Assembly (NCBI GenBank): GCA_030595785.1
Contig: JAUVCG010000001.1
Span: forward strand, 1 to 48,537
Length of the DNA stretch: 48,537 nucleotides
DNA from: Kiritimatiellales bacterium
GTDB taxonomy: Bacteria; Verrucomicrobiota; Kiritimatiellia; Kiritimatiellales; Pontiellaceae
Direction of reading: 5' to 3'
A program made the position numbers and the translations under genes. Positions 47,435 to 48,537 of this stretch are shown piece by piece. How positions within the stretch are numbered: position 1 is the first letter of the stretch; the number at the start of each line of letters is the position of its first letter. Under the pieces are notes generated by a model, which saw nothing but the letters and a program-made list of their open reading frames with translations, was not told the DNA's origin and did not search any database.

Positions 47435-48537
47435 GAAAAGGTGTCAGTCCTATCTTTTATACTTCCTTGACATGGCGGGTCGCGTTTCGTAGAAGAAGCC
47501 CATGGGAAGAAATCCAAGAATCGAGTTTGAGGGAGCCATCTATCACGTCATGAGCCGGGGGAACCGGCAGGAGCCGGTTTTTATCGACGACACGGATTGC
47601 GGGGTATTCCTCGTTGCGTTCGACGAGGCGTGCGGTCGCTGCGGGTGGCGGATACATGCCTTTGCCTTGATGGGAAACCACTACCACCTTCTTTTGGAAA
47701 CGCCGGAGGCAAACCTTGTGGACGGCATGCGCTGGCTACAGGGAACCTACACGAAGCGGTTCAATGGCCGCCACAAGCAGTGGGGGCATCTTTTCCAGGG
47801 TCGCTACAAGGCTTTGCTAGTCGATTGCGACGGGGATTATTTCGGGACGGTTTGCGACTATATCCACCTGAATCCCGCGCGGGCCAAATGCTTCGATCTG
47901 GAGGAGGGGCGGCTGGCCGATTACAAATGGAGCAGCTTTCCTCTATATTTGCGCCCTTCCCGGCGGCCAGCCTGGTTGTCGGTGGATCGGTCCCTGGGGC
48001 GGCTCGGCCTAGCGGATGATCGCTCGGGCAGAACCCTTTATCGTCAGCAACTGCAAAAGAGAGTGGTGGAGATTGCCTGCAGCGGGAAGCCGTGGGAGGT
48101 TGATGAAGCGTGGGCGAAAATCCGGCGGGGGTGGTGTTTTGGAAGCGAGGAATTCCGCGACCGGATGACCGGGCTGCTCGATGGGGTTATGAAGGGAAAG
48201 CGGCGGGATTCTTTTGCGGGCGAAGAAACCGTAACACACGACATGCTGGAGGCCGAACGCCTGCTAGAGGTGGGGCTGGGGAACATGGGGCTATCCGAGG
48301 CGGGCTTGGCCGGGCTCAGGAAGAACGATCCGCGGAAAAGAGCCGTCGCCTGGCTGGTCCGCAAGCAAACCAGCGTGAGAAATGAATGGATCTCGAAAAG
48401 ATTGCATATGGGGAATGTATCCAAGCTATCCTCGTTTGTGAAGAGCATTGAGGATTCCCGGGCGGGCGGGTTGTTTCAATTAAAGAAAAGGGTCGCGCAG
48501 TGCAAAAAGGTATAAAAGATGGGACTGACACCTTTTC
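47435..48537 (+). mobile_element. Y1/HUH transposase element bounded by 28-bp terminal inverted repeats
   Basis: Left GAAAAGGTGTCAGTCCTATCTTTTATAC (47435-47462); reverse complement of 48510-48537 is GAAAAGGTGTCAGTCCCATCTTTTATAC. 27/28 identical. Confidence 0.8.
47502..48515 (+). CDS. HUH (Y1, RAYT/IS200-like) transposase with C-terminal HTH-like extension
   Basis: YHVMSRGN, LMGNHYHLL (HUH), GHLFQGRYK, YIHLNP (catalytic Tyr), YKWSS; C-terminal helical domain RKRAVAWLVR...ISKRL. Confidence 0.92.
   Translation: MGRNPRIEFEGAIYHVMSRGNRQEPVFIDDTDCGVFLVAFDEACGRCGWRIHAFALMGNHYHLLLETPEANLVDGMRWLQGTYTKRFNGRHKQWGHLFQGRYKALLVDCDGDYFGTVCDYIHLNPARAKCFDLEEGRLADYKWSSFPLYLRPSRRPAWLSVDRSLGRLGLADDRSGRTLYRQQLQKRVVEIACSGKPWEVDEAWAKIRRGWCFGSEEFRDRMTGLLDGVMKGKRRDSFAGEETVTHDMLEAERLLEVGLGNMGLSEAGLAGLRKNDPRKRAVAWLVRKQTSVRNEWISKRLHMGNVSKLSSFVKSIEDSRAGGLFQLKKRVAQCKKV

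Overview
This is a gene-dense bacterial chromosomal window, probably from the PVC superphylum and Kiritimatiellota/Pontiella-like. That placement is an inference from gene content: an anaerobic sulfatase maturase, a PEP-CTERM tail, a TPR-ExbBD module and a histone-like RpoD N-terminus. Core genes are the transketolase 3' end, recA, pepA, rpoD, panD, smc, tsaD, aroC, tatABC and tRNA-Ser(GCT). Also present are SulP, a SWIM-SNF2 helicase, a large glycogen debranching enzyme, NYN, PhnA-like and Ldh_2 proteins, a TPR-TPR-ExbB-ExbD-ExbD operon, and a tightly packed anSME-parvulin-TatB-TatC-TatA-CPBP operon. There are three gene remnants: a frameshifted, truncated phosphohexomutase; a multiply deleted dinB; and an orphan PEP-CTERM tail. 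Several families of intergenic palindromic/REP-like repeats occur. Downstream of the tRNA is an accessory region with a GAF gene bracketed by 20-bp direct repeats and an HUH/Y1 (RAYT-like) transposase bounded by 28-bp terminal inverted repeats; the window ends exactly at the right repeat. No CRISPR array or rRNA was seen. All family assignments come from motif recognition by eye, not database searches.
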